From assembly GCF_964355755.1 (NCBI RefSeq), contig NC_092673.1, forward strand, positions 35,275,648 through 35,339,647: 64,000 nucleotides of DNA. Reading direction: 5' to 3'. Positions within the stretch are counted from its first letter, which is position 1. Every line of letters begins with the position of its first letter. A program made the position numbers and the translations under genes. Positions 13,447-26,700 of the stretch are shown here, piece after piece. The stretch comes from Antedon mediterranea. Lineage: Eukaryota; Animalia; Echinodermata. The notes beneath the pieces are model-generated. The model had not been told where the DNA came from. It worked only from the letters and a program-made list of their open reading frames with translations, and made no database searches.

Positions 13447-14920
13447 AACACCATGGACATCATAACATTTTCCCTGAACTGCAGTACAATTTAATTAAAC
13501 TTTACAAAAAAAAAAAAAGTTAAAATCAACCTGATGGGATACTTCAAAGCACCAAGAAATGACCAGTTCTCTTACATGTGTACAGCGACACCTTGGAAAT
13601 AGACATCAAACATATGAGATCTTATAACAATGACATCCTATGATATTTTAATACTTGGGTTATTATTTGAACCATGAACAATACAAAAAAAATGAAATAA
13701 ATATTCTAAACTCTGTAAAAACTAAAATAATATATAAACTAAACAACTTTAATAAAACAAAACAATAATGTGTTTAAATCTAATCAGCAAACAAGTTTAC
13801 ATCTAATTAGCAAACATCTTTCTTCATTCTAACTAATTAATTACCAATTTTGACTAATTGAATACAAGTCAGTAAATTAGAGGTTGGTGAAGTGACTTGC
13901 ATTGCAATTAAGCACGCATTAAAATCGTAAGAGCATTTTATGACGCACTAGCACTGTTATTAACAAGGTAGTTATAATTCATCCTAGCAAATTGCTTTGC
14001 ACAGTTAAAACATGAAATTATGTTTTAACACAAAAATTATAACATTATTTTTGCTAGGCAGAGAAACTCTAAACTACCCAAGGATTATATTGGAAATTAA
14101 TGTTTAAACAGTAAGGTATTAAGGAAGTCTGCGAGAAAAGCCTGCAGAATCTTTTTCTTGATATTAAATATACAGACAAAACATTCTACAATTTCCAAGG
14201 TTGATTTTGCAAATTGAATATAATTTTCAGCCACATTTTCTTAAAATCGATGAATGAATTATATTGCATAAAATCAATTATTTTAAATAATATTGCTGTA
14301 CTGTATGCAATAGTGATCTTTCTAATGAACTTAATAATTATATAATAATATTTAATAATTATATAATAATATTAATAATAATTATAATATTTAATCACTT
14401 TAATTTTAATACAGTTGAGTATGCCTTTTATAATGTGTGTGTTATTTTGATTTTTAAAAAAATAATATTATTACTGTGTGCAAGTAATCTTTCTAATGAA
14501 CTTCATAATAGCAATCGCTTTCAGCATGCATTTGATAATGTTGTTATGTAATTTTTCGTTTAATTCCTAATATTTCAGGCTTTATAATACAGTATTATAA
14601 AAGTGCATTATCCAAATCTCAATGACCTTCACACTACAGTATAACAATAAAATGTCAGAAAAAAGAAAGAAAAAAGTATGAATTCAAAAGATGAGTTTTC
14701 AAAGCTGCCTTAAATTTAAATAAGCAAATAAAGTTGCCAGCATTAATATATTTTGTGTTATTTAGATTTTACAGAAAATAACTTTTATACTGTGTGCCTT
14801 ACTAAAAAATATATTTGTAGGCCTACTGTATGTTTTATAATAGAAATATACTTGTTGTGGTCAGCATCATGAAAGTGGTCAGCATCATGAAAGTGGTTGT
14901 CTGAAATTCTGTGATGAACG

Positions 14921-15032
14921 GGGCTGACCACTATGGGCTGACCACTATGGGCTGACCACTATGGGCTGACCACTATGGGCTGACCACTATGGGCTGACCA
15001 CTATGGGCTGACCACTATGGGCTGACCACTAT
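14921..15032. repeat. 14-bp minisatellite, 8 copies
   Basis: Unit gggctgaccactat. Confidence 0.95.
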
Positions 15033-15183
15033 GGCAAGAATCCAGAGAACTGTACAGTAATTACCAACAAATTTCAAATAATCTTAATTGTACAATACAA
15101 CAAAACATGATGTACAGTGTGCAAATGCATTGCCATGCAATGTTGCTCTCCATCTACTACTGTATCATCACATATTTTGTTAT

Positions 15184-15655
15184 TAGGAAGGTTTCGCAAC
15201 CGTACGAATACGATAACGAAAACGTCACACATTTGTGAAACTTTTGAGCTGATCCCTATTTCATATTCGTAAAGCGTATTCGTGTTGACGAATATTATCA
15301 CCAGTCATATTCGTAACTACAAAACAAGTATAGTTTTTGATCTATTTTGCACATTTTGCATTTGAATCAGAAATGATTTAGATTTATTGAAAGTAATTTA
15401 CTAAAATGCTAGGTCAATTTTGATAAATAGCAGTTTTTAAAGTCCTAACTCGCTTTAATGTTACGCTAGGCCTAGACAGCAAAGCACCGAGCAACACATA
15501 CCTGCGCTTGGCACAAATTTACCGCAGTTATATTTTTGACGGCGTCCTAAATATTTTGTTGCCATGTCAGATTTTTAATGGCTTACGAAAACGAATACGT
15601 GTGCGTGATGTATCCGTTTTTGTTATCGTATTCGTAAGACTGCGAAACCTCTCTA
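15184..15655. mobile_element. MITE with TIRs of about 40 bp
   Basis: aggtttcgcaaccgtacgaatacgataacgaaaacg versus cgtttttgttatcgtattcgtaagactgcgaaacct. Confidence 0.7.
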
Positions 15656-16103
15656 TTGAATTATGAAGAAATTATGTACTGTACAGTTAAACGCTATTCA
15701 TTTGATCTAACAATATAGGTTGATTGTTATTCATTTAGGTTGAATATTGATTACTCTGTTTCCTTATATAATTCAGTTCTTTGTTCTGAAACCTAGCTAG
15801 CATAATGTGAACTTTATAGCTGTACTCATTGCATGGTAAAATTGTTATACTGTGATAGTTATAATGAAAATAGGTTTACTGTACACTGTGATGGGATTGA
15901 GAATAAAAATGAATTTGTCTTTATTATTATCGATTTATAAATAATTCTTAAATGCATACGATCATCTACTGTAGTTAATATTCAGCTAAGAAATTTGGAT
16001 TGACTGTAGATCAAATGGTCATATAGGTCAGATTAGCCCACTAGGAGGTTAATCCCTTCTCTTTTTTTAAATAGTGATAATAGAAATCTGTTATTGTGTA
16101 CTG

Positions 16104-16412
16104 TACATACATGCATTGTCCATTCATCATTAGCATGGCAATATGCTTACATACATGCATTGTCCATTCATCATTAGCATGGCAATATGCTTACATACAT
16201 GCATTGTCCATTCATCATTAGCATGGCAATATGCTTACATACATGCATTGTCCATTCATCATTAGCATGGCAATATGCTTACATACATGCATTGTCCATT
16301 CATCATTAGCATGGCAATATGCTTACATACATGCATTGTCCATTCATCATTAGCATGGCAATATGCTTACATACATGCATTGTCCATTCATCATTAGCAT
16401 GGCAATATGCTT
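16104..16412. repeat. 44-bp minisatellite, 7 copies
   Basis: Unit tacatacatgcattgtccattcatcattagcatggcaatatgct. Confidence 0.97.
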
Positions 16413-18469
16413 AATATTCGACTGTTCTGTTTTGAGGCAAACGTCCCTTAAACTCCTTGCAGTTTCTATCTGCATATCAATTTTATTCCATAAATAAGCG
16501 ACATGTGGGCTGTACAAACTCAGTCAAATTATGCAAAAATCATCATTTTTCAGCATGTTTTTTTAATTTTCTCCACTAATATAATAACTGTCGGATTTAC
16601 CTGGTTCAAACGGTAAAATATGTAACAAAATGAAAGCTTCATATTATTACTTAAATATGTATTATCGTCGGAATTTTTAAAGTTCAAATATTGAGGAAAA
16701 TAAAAAGTAAAAAATGTTGTTTTATGAAATTAAACAGAAAACATGACATTTTAATGCAAAAAAATTGTGTGTCGATGTAAATTTGACTAGCGAGACAGAT
16801 CCGCACGGTTTTGCTTCATGATTAGGTGTACCACATAAGCCTGGTAACTTCCATTTTATCAGATTGTAATCGCAACACTAGTATTAGTAGTGCTTACAGT
16901 GTATGGTTCTAAACAACAGTTATCACATTAACATTTGTACAGTATATGCATTAAAAACATTGCTTTACTGTACTATTAAACTTGTGTTTGAATAAACTAA
17001 TCCCGTTTTCATGACAGTGACACCGATATAATGAGACTACCCTATCAATAATGGAAGCATCCAAATCTTCCAGCGGTAAACAACTACAGCTCGCGTACAA
17101 AGTTTGCAGTGCAATTACTGGAGCGTGAAAGCTGTGCGCACTGCAGTTTGCACTGAATTAAATTGCACTAAACTTAATACGACAAAATTGATATGAGCAA
17201 TGCAAATAAATATTTCGCGAATAGTTTAAGCAATGCAAGCAACTTTAATGAATACATGGTCTCCTAACGTAACTAGTATCAAATTGAATGGATTGGGTAG
17301 TGATTTAGAGAGAATTATCTACTTGAAACAAACATAGAAAGATTTGAAGTTGGGACTTGCTTGCAGGTCTAGTATGCATCGACTCTGGCTCTATTTGACT
17401 GTCTTACAGTACAGATTATAAAATAACAAGCATTTAATTGTTGTATGTCTGCACATCTACAGTACCAATTAACATGCTTTGCATGGAATACATGATGTAT
17501 CACAACTCCCGATTGCTTTGCATACAGAAGAATAGAACCCTCTTTTTTTTTATTGTTATTGGTAACGGTAAGAGGAAAACCATGTAGCCTGTCTCACGTA
17601 TAATTTAATATATATCTACCCTGAGCGGAAACTGCCTGTCCGCTCTGTATTGTGTGTAAATGGTCAAAAGGAATAACATAGATTCTATATTTTTATTACC
17701 GTTACCGCTTGTGTAAATTGGCCTTGAATTTAAGGGGACTCTGAAACAATTAACCAGGGAAAATGTATGTTCTATTAAGGGAACATCTACAGTATTTAAA
17801 GCCGCCTGTTTCCTACTAATTTAGGACGCAACACAGGGTTACTGTATTTAAGTGGAATGCAAGTTGACCAATCACAAAGGATAGATTATTCAAACGGTAA
17901 CCTGTCAATGGTAAACTCACTTGTGATGACGACATTGCATTGCGTCACGGTTGGACCTAAGGTTATAGGGACGCTTTGTTACCAAATGTACTAAATTACT
18001 AAAATACTCGCAGTCAACATACATAAATCCCTTTTTATGTAACTATTCGGAATAAATACTATACTCTAAACTGTAAATGCATTCATATATTAATCACTGT
18101 ATTACATATTATTAAAGTTCAATATACCAATTGTATTACAGTATTGTAGTTGCTGACTAATACCAATAAAGATAACCACACCCAGTCATAATAATTCATA
18201 CGTTATTTAAAAGAATGAATTTTCCAACTGATTAAAAACCTTTGTCAATGTCACACTATAGTGTACAATAGTCACATATATTGTACAGTAACACTGTATA
18301 TTTAATTGGTTTGCTGCATTAACTAAGTACTTTATCTCAATTACTATAATTCTAAAAAATCCATTGATTCTTAAAATATTCCTTGAAATCAAATCAAACT
18401 AACATTTATTTCTCTTTTCTTAATAATATCAATCAATGTACAGCAAATTTAAAAGGATGAATGAAATAA

Positions 18470-18858
18470 AAAAAAACAAAAGACAGGCAGGCTGCATAGA
18501 AACAAAATGTGATGACTAAACAAAATAGAGAAAAGACAAAAAGCATTAGAAAAAACAAAAGACAGGCTGCCCAGAAACAAAATGTGATAATAACTAAACA
18601 AAATAGACAAAAGACAAAAAGCATTAGAAAAAACAAAAGACAGGCTGCCCAGAAACAAAATGTGATAATAAATAAACAAAATAGAGAAAAGACAAAAAGC
18701 ATTAGAAAAAACAAAAGACATAGAAAGAACATGCAACAAAAATTGGCTCAATTGGTCAAACTGGTGATCTTGTTGCAGGCTTGGCCCAATTGGTCAAACT
18801 GGTGATCTTGTTGCAGGCTTGGCTCAATTGGTCAAACTGGTGATCTTGTTGCAGGCTT
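18470..18858. repeat. Two adjacent tandem arrays (about 78 bp x3, then 39 bp x3)
   Basis: aaacaaaatagagaaaagacaaaaagcattagaaaaaacaaaagaca... repeated, followed by ggctcaattggtcaaactggtgatcttgttgcaggctt repeated. Confidence 0.9.
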
Positions 18859-20409
18859 GAGAAGTCTCATTTATCTAACTTAATTAAAATGTCTATATAC
18901 AGTAAAAGGTTCAATTAATTAAAGTTTAAAACACAGTGGTTAATGCACATCAGCTAGTTGTTATTTTACTGCATGAAGCCAAAGTCTGTCAATCTATATA
19001 ATTAAATCTTGCCAGGCCAGGCAAATAATATCATTTAAGTGCATATATTAGGGTCATACTCTATTAATTATCCTTTTCTATAGACAATTGTATTATTAAA
19101 AATAACGTACTACTAAGCACTGGATATAAAGATTTAGATGTCTGTAGAAAGTCATGCCTGAACAAAATCGTACAAATCTTATAGCCAGCTTCTTAGTATT
19201 TCACACTACTCTATATGATGATTGAATACACAAGACAAAATCAAACACTATTAAAATAATGTACAAAATTAAAGGTACAGAAAGGAGTTGTCATGTTATT
19301 GTTAGACACAATGGCTATGAGAATGTGAACCTCACATGTACAGTACAATCTGTTTCTAGCCTCCAAATGTCTTTATATGAAACATTTCATGTCTACCAGC
19401 TACACCAACTTATCTTTGTGTATAATTGCTTCCCTCAAATAAATTCCCCTTGCCTGCCCATAAAACATCATTGGAAAGTTATCAAAATTCTATGAACAGT
19501 TCAGAATTAGTACTTGTATTGCAGGTTTTATATTTCACAACATAAATTAAACAAGACTTGGTTTTAGATACAGAACGGCCTTCAACCACACTGATTGTGA
19601 TTGGTCCTCATAACAACCATCAAAATCACAAGATAGAATAAAAAAAAATTGGTTAGGCGGGCATAGGCCTAAAAAGAATAATCAAAATAAGACAATCTAA
19701 CAACAGGATGCTGAGCTGCGGAGATCAAAGGGTTTATCTGTGGCTGCGACACGATTAGTTCCACACAGCCCCTTAACTTTTTGACTGATTTTTTATTGAC
19801 CAATTGGCTTCCTCAAATCTTTGGATTAACAGACACCACGCCGCGGAGAATATGTACATAGTTAGTACAGTACTGTTGGTATTTGTTGCAGCCAGACATA
19901 AGATCAAAGTTCCTACATGTACAGTATCTTGGCAAGTCGAGCTCAGTGTCCTGTTGATCGAACCCACCACAACTGTTGGCTCCAACCAGCTAAAATGGGA
20001 TCTTCCTAAATAGTACTGTACATGGCATGCACGTTTTTAACCAAACAATCAATACGATAATAAAGGATTCATTCAGTTAATACACCCGTTAAAAAAATAA
20101 AAACAACCTGTTGACATTTTAACTATTTATACTGTATATCAATACAATTATGGTAACTGATTAAATAGTAATTACACTACATTATTACTAACTAAGCAAT
20201 AGCATATTGCCACTAATATAGGATGTGACAGTTGGTAGGCCTATGCATTGTTATTTAACTGAACACTCCACCAAAACAGAAGTGTTCAGTCAGGTTGGTA
20301 AGCCTAACATAGCCTTTTTCTATAACTTAAGCCTAGGCCTACCATGTTTTAAGCCTTTATTTAACAATCATATATTTACAGACATACACAAAAAGCAGGT
20401 CACCTATAC

Positions 20410-20708
20410 TTACTAAAATACAGATGCAACAATTATACAAAATTTAAAGCTGTGTGAAGTGAAGTCTTGTTTTTTTCTAAGAATTTAGATCCTCTCTTCC
20501 AGCAGCAAAAAACCCTAAACACTCTCTCTCTAGCCTGCCAATTTTCGTCAATTGAAGGTTGCCCGCGCTATAGCTGCTGATTGGCTAATTTATGTTGAGC
20601 ATGCGCTAAAACGTTTAACAAACGACGTGTGCGCTGGTGGTGGTGTTATATTTTTTATGTGAACTTTTTAGAGCCATCCTTTAAAATACACATTTGTCCA
20701 ACGTAAAT
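20410..20708. promoter_or_regulatory. Putative bidirectional promoter GPSM / XAB2
   Basis: CpG-containing stretch with a CCAAT box (ctgattggct, about 20577) just upstream of the XAB2 ATG. A minus-strand gtaagt donor at about 20408-20413 suggests a non-coding first exon of GPSM. Confidence 0.5.
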
Positions 20709-23700
20709 ATGCCGGAATTAAGGAATAAAGATAATTTAATGTTTGTAAGTTATTTTTTAACGAATCGACCTTATATCATATGATTTAATATTCGTTAACA
20801 CCACTGTTTTATTTAGAATACACAGGCCTAGCTAAGCATGTGTCGCTCACAGAAGAACGTTTTGATAGTCAAGGCTCAGAAAAGACTTTCCCCCCTTTGT
20901 AATTTGTAACTTGGTGCATACACCAGGCCTAGCTTTTTATTTTTACTCCTTGTACATCTGTTACTGATATGCATATTGTAACACTGTACATGCATTAATT
21001 ATTTAAGATCTTTGTATTAATTCAATCAATCATTAATTAATAAATCATTAATTTTAAATAGGCCTAGGCCTAATCATTAATTGGTAGGCCTAGCTAGTTA
21101 GTAAGTAGCCTACCTAGCTAGGCCTACTGTATATATAGTTTTTTCAACTTTAAATAGGCTTAGGCTGGCTATCTAGGCCTAGATCGACTGAGGCTATTTA
21201 TTATCGCCGTGGCTAAAGATACGGTACTGTATTCTAACTTCTGTTTACTAAAGGTACGGTAAAATTGCATTACGTCATAACCAGCCAATGGGGTGCTGGT
21301 ACGTGTGTGATGTCATCGTATAAGGACTTTGGATTTTTTTTTCATATCGCGAAAACAGTATCAACCGCATTTTCTTTATGCTTCATTTATCGCTATTATC
21401 GCCGTCGTGTGTGACAAAAACTAAATGTAGCCTACGTCTGTTATTATTTTGTTTAAAAGCCAAAACATGTTGATTTTAATTCTAGAATACAGAAAACCGT
21501 TTCAAAAGAGGCCTACGTACTATAACCTCATTATATGAGTTTGTTTGTGTGTAGGGAAAGCGATGCCAGGCTGGGGCCAGCTGCATGTGTGCGCTGATGA
21601 TTGACTCAGCCCTGGGGCTACTGTCTAAAAATCATAGTATTTGAGGGCCCCTTTATTGTCCGCATTTGCTTGTTGTTTATGGTCACCATTGTAAACAAAG
21701 TTTAATAAAAAATATAGGCCTAAAGGCCATTTGGAATAAAAATAAAACCCTCATCAGCGCACACACATCCATGCAGCCTGGCGCCGCCGACAGGAATTCT
21801 CTACATACAACAGACGCGATATGAAAAAAATCCTTATATGATGACGTCACACACGTACCAGAACCCCATTGGCTGATTATGACGTAATGCAATTTTACCG
21901 TACCTTTAGTAAACAGAAGTTAGAATACGGTACCGTATCTTTAGCCACAGCGATTTATTATTGGCACTGTAAAAAACAGTGCATCTAAATAGTCTAATAA
22001 TACCTTGTTTTCTAGGCAAACAAAGTTGATTATTCTGCATAGATAACTAGCTAGGTGCACCGACTGCTGAACATGATGATAGAAAACAACTTAGACGGAC
22101 AGTCAAATGTGTCAATAGAAAATAATAAATTACACCAAATGAAGAAAACAAATTTTTGTTTATTTCATGATATGTCATAGCTGTCTGTGTCAATACTATG
22201 TCAGTGTGCTAGTAAACTAATTATTTAAATATAGAATTCATTTTTTTTTTAAACCGAAACAATTATCTTGAAACAGGAAGAAGATGACCTTCCTTATGAA
22301 GAGGAAATTATACGTAACCCATACTCTGTGAAATGTTGGCAACGCTACATTGAACATAAAGCTGAAGGGCCACCAGCACCTCTCAATCTAATCTATGAAC
22401 GTGCTCTAAAGGGATTACCTGGAAGGTGAATAATTAGACATGTATTGTCCCCCAAAAACATGAAAAATGAAGATTAATTAAATCAGACTTTGAATAGGCC
22501 ATTTTGTGTTTTTAAGTTAATCATTTCCTTAGAAAAAAAAAAGCTTTCACTTATAAAAAGACATACAAAAAATCCAACCAAGAACCCATTGGCTGGCAGC
22601 CAACTTGAATACATTTTGCTTTGAATTAACATCTTTTTCTGGTAAATAATTTTTTTTTCTGATCCTATTTATGGTCAAACTGAATAACTATTCTGTGACA
22701 TTAAAATGACATATTCAACACAAAATTTGAAAAAAAATGTGTTCAGGGGGACAATATATGTTTAATGCAATTTACATTTTTTTCAATTGGATATTTTTGT
22801 GATCAATATGAACAGAAATTATCTGCTACACAGTGTAACCTAAATAATCATTCCTAATAATTATCCCTTTTTTATTCCAGTTACAAGTTATGGTACAACT
22901 ACTTGAAAGTTCGCCGGAAGCAGATCAAAGGGCGCTGTATAACTGATCCAGCCTACGAAGACGTAAACAATGCATTTGAAAGAGGATTGGTTTTTATGCA
23001 TAAGGTATGAAAAATAAACAAGAATAATGCTGTGGAAAAGAATTTCATGTGAATTTTAAGATCTAAATAATATAAAGACAAATTGAGAGTGTATGCCTTT
23101 CGTGTGGAGTTGTAGACTACACTACATGTTTAACTCAAATCCACTCCACTCTTTCAAGAATTTGTTTGTGTTAAGTAACCTGTGTTACTATTTATCTGTC
23201 CTGTGAAAACAAATTGTCTATGGATCCTAGTATCCTATATTTAAAAAAATTATATCTGTTTCAGATGCCTCGCATTTGGTTGGATTATTGCCAGTTCTTG
23301 ATGGATCAATGCAAGGTCATCCGAACCAGACGAACATTTGACAGAGCATTGAGGGCGCTGCCCATCACACAGCATAAACGAATCTGGCCGTTGTACATAA
23401 AGTTCATTGTTGCGCATCCTTTGTATGAGACGGCTGTGAGAGTGTACAGACGCTTCCTGCAGGTATTGTAGCAAACTAGTATTTACAATAAAGTTCTGTC
23501 TACACTATCAAACATGATGATGTCATATCACTACCATATTTGGGCACATCACATTTGTCATGTAACTAGTTTAATAGTGTAAACAGAGCTTTAGAATATA
23601 AAGCTTGTTCTAACACTATGAGCAGTATGACTTCAGTTTTTCACCTTTAAAGAAACTGACTTAATATCGTGTCTTCTCATCGTGTCTTTTATAGCTGTCT

Positions 23701-26700
23701 CCAGAAGATGCAGAACAGTACATTGGTTATTTGATATCAATAGATCGACTGGATGAAGCTGCAGTTAGATTGGCTGGAGTAGTTAATGACGAGAAGTTTA
23801 TATCCAAGAAAGGAAAGTCCAATCATCAGGTACAGACACCCTATTGAACACCCTTAGATTTAAGCCTACCCTTTATTTTTGAATAAAATGTGTGTGCAGA
23901 TGTAGGCACTAGGGTATAAGCACCATTAATTTAAAGTCCGGCGTGCAAAAATATGTAATTGATGACAGCTCATAATATGCAACATTCAAGTTTAATGTTT
24001 CTTCTAAAACTATTTTTTTTATTTTGTATCAATATTACATTTCTGAACATTTATACTTTCAGCTATGGCATGATCTATGTGATCTAATATGTAAGAATCC
24101 TACAAAGGTCAAATCTTTGAAGGTTGACCCAATCATTCGCCAGGGAATCAAACGATTCACCGATGAACGAGGTCAACTCTGGTGTTCGCTTGCCGATTAT
24201 TACATTAGAAGTGGACACTTCGAAAAGGTAATTCAAAATTGATTTGGCTAAAGTACTTGAGCTGAAAAATAATTGCATATTAGTTCTCAAAATAGGCTGT
24301 CTAGAATTTAAGATATTTTTGGCCAGAGTTGGTTCAACCTTTCACTCTAGTACACAGGTTTCCTCATCCAGTTTTAAATATAAAATAATTAAATTAAAAT
24401 TTTAACTTGAACTCTTCCTCTTGAAATCTTTGCCAACCAATAGACCACTCTCAACATGGTATGCTGGAAAGGTACCAGTCCTCAATTGTATTATTTTGTG
24501 TTCTATCATTTTAAATTATTTGTTACTATTACTTTTATTTGTAGGCACGCGATATTTATGAAGAAGCTATTCTGACCGTCACAACTGTTCGTGATTTTAC
24601 ACAGGTATTTTCAACTTCTTAATTATTGTTACTGCTATTTGCATTATTATTTTTGCTTCAACATTTAACTGTGTGTTGTTGGTCTCCATGCAGGTGTTTG
24701 ATGCTTATGCACAATTTGAAGAAGGCATGATTAGTGCCAGGATGGAGACTACTTCTGATTTGGGACCAACAGAAGAAGGTAAATAGTATTATTATTATTA
24801 TTGTCATTATGAATATAACATTTGATAAACTTATGGTTAAATATGATTATTGTATTGCTATGTATTTTATCTTTGAAACTTTTTAAATTTTTCAATCTAG
24901 ATGATATTGACCTGGACTTAAGGCTAGAGCGATACGAGTACCTAATGGAAAGGCGCCCTCTACTGTTGAATAGTGTATTGTTGCGACAAAATCCGCATAA
25001 TGTTCATGAATGGCATAAGCGAGTTAAATTGTATGAAGGCAAGCCAAGAGAAGTGAGTGTTTGCATTTTAATTCAGTTTGTTGTATTAATGTACAATCTA
25101 CCAATCATACCATAAGGTATGATTTTCAATAAGTTTATGCACGAAAGGCTTTGAAATAATAGTTTAACACAAATGCTATTGAGATTGCACTTTAAATTGA
25201 GCTGTTTTTTTCTGTAAAACACTTGCAATGGCCATTGTTTACTATAGATGATGGTACCTAAGATTATTTAAATAAGATAAGATAAGATAACTTTTATTGA
25301 TCCTCAAAAAGGAAATTCATTGCTCGTCATAATAACAAGAAAACACAATAAAAACAAATATAGCATAAAACCATTCATATAAAAACATCTAAAAAAATAC
25401 AAGATAAAATTATCTTCTTGACTTTCTGTTGTACTGGATGATACCAAAATAATACCTAAAGACATAAAATACAAATAAAATGTTATCCTTTCAAACCTAG
25501 GTTATTAATACATTCACTGAGGCAGTACAGACTGTTCAGCCCAACCTAGCCACTGGTAAGCTACACACACTCTGGATTGAATTTGCAAAGTTCTATGAAA
25601 GTCACAATCAACTTGCTGAGGTACTGTAAAAGTGTATTGACCTATTCTTAGAATTTATTATTTGTTTTTGATACGAATTTCACATATTTAGTTTTAGTTC
25701 CTAGAAAAAGACATTTTGATTATTAGTTTACAAATCCAATGTAATGTATTGCCTTAATATAGTATTTAAAAAAATGATTTTCAATTATTAAAAACATAAA
25801 TATAAATATATAAGTTTTTCAAGGCTAGAAAATTATCATGATATAAATGATAGAATCAACAATTTAAATCCCTGACAAAGAATTCTACAAAGCATTGTGA
25901 ATATTACTTTTTAACTCAAGGTCATAGTTCAAATCCATTTTTCCTTCAGGAAAAAATCAAAATTCTAGTTATTTTAGCCCTTATCCATGCACTATTTATA
26001 TTTTAACTAGAATATTAAAACCCGAAGACTGGACATTCAATTTACTTTTCTTCTTTTTTATCAATCAGGCCCGGGTTATTTTTGAGAAGGGAACCAAGGT
26101 TGAGTATGTAAAGGTCGATGACCTGGCAGCCATCTGGTGTGAAAGAGCAGAGATGGAAATAAGACATGAGTAAGTTGTGTTGCTGTACACTTTTCAAAAA
26201 TCCTTAAAACTATAACATTTGCCCATATCACTTATTAGCAGAGTTTAAAGACTGGCAACATGACACTATATGACATGCTAAAATTCATGAAATAGTAAAT
26301 AAATAAACTTGATAAATCAAGTCAAGTCAAGTATCATTTATTATCATTTGTTTTAAGAAAAAACATAGAAATTCTGTTGGCGGAGCACAATATCCAACAG
26401 ACACAACACCAACTCAAAAACAAAAACATTACAAAAAAGTGTCTACATTATGTTTAAGGCTCTAATAGATCCTGGAAAGAATGCTGATTAATTGACTTTG
26501 TTATATAATAGGAATTACAAGGAGGCTTTGAAATTAATGCAGAGAGCAACAGCCCTGCCAGGCAGAAAAGCAGCCTATTATGATAAGGTATTTAATAATG
26601 TTAAAATATATATTTCACAGACATAAACTCTAAACTGTGTAGGGATATTCTTGAAAATAGTTAATTTATAAACTGAAAATGAGAAATAGCATTCCGAACC

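Noticed and set aside
18433-18805. Hydrophobic and basic ORFs of about 100 aa
   Set aside because: Produced by an A-rich tandem repeat, with no splice or homology support.
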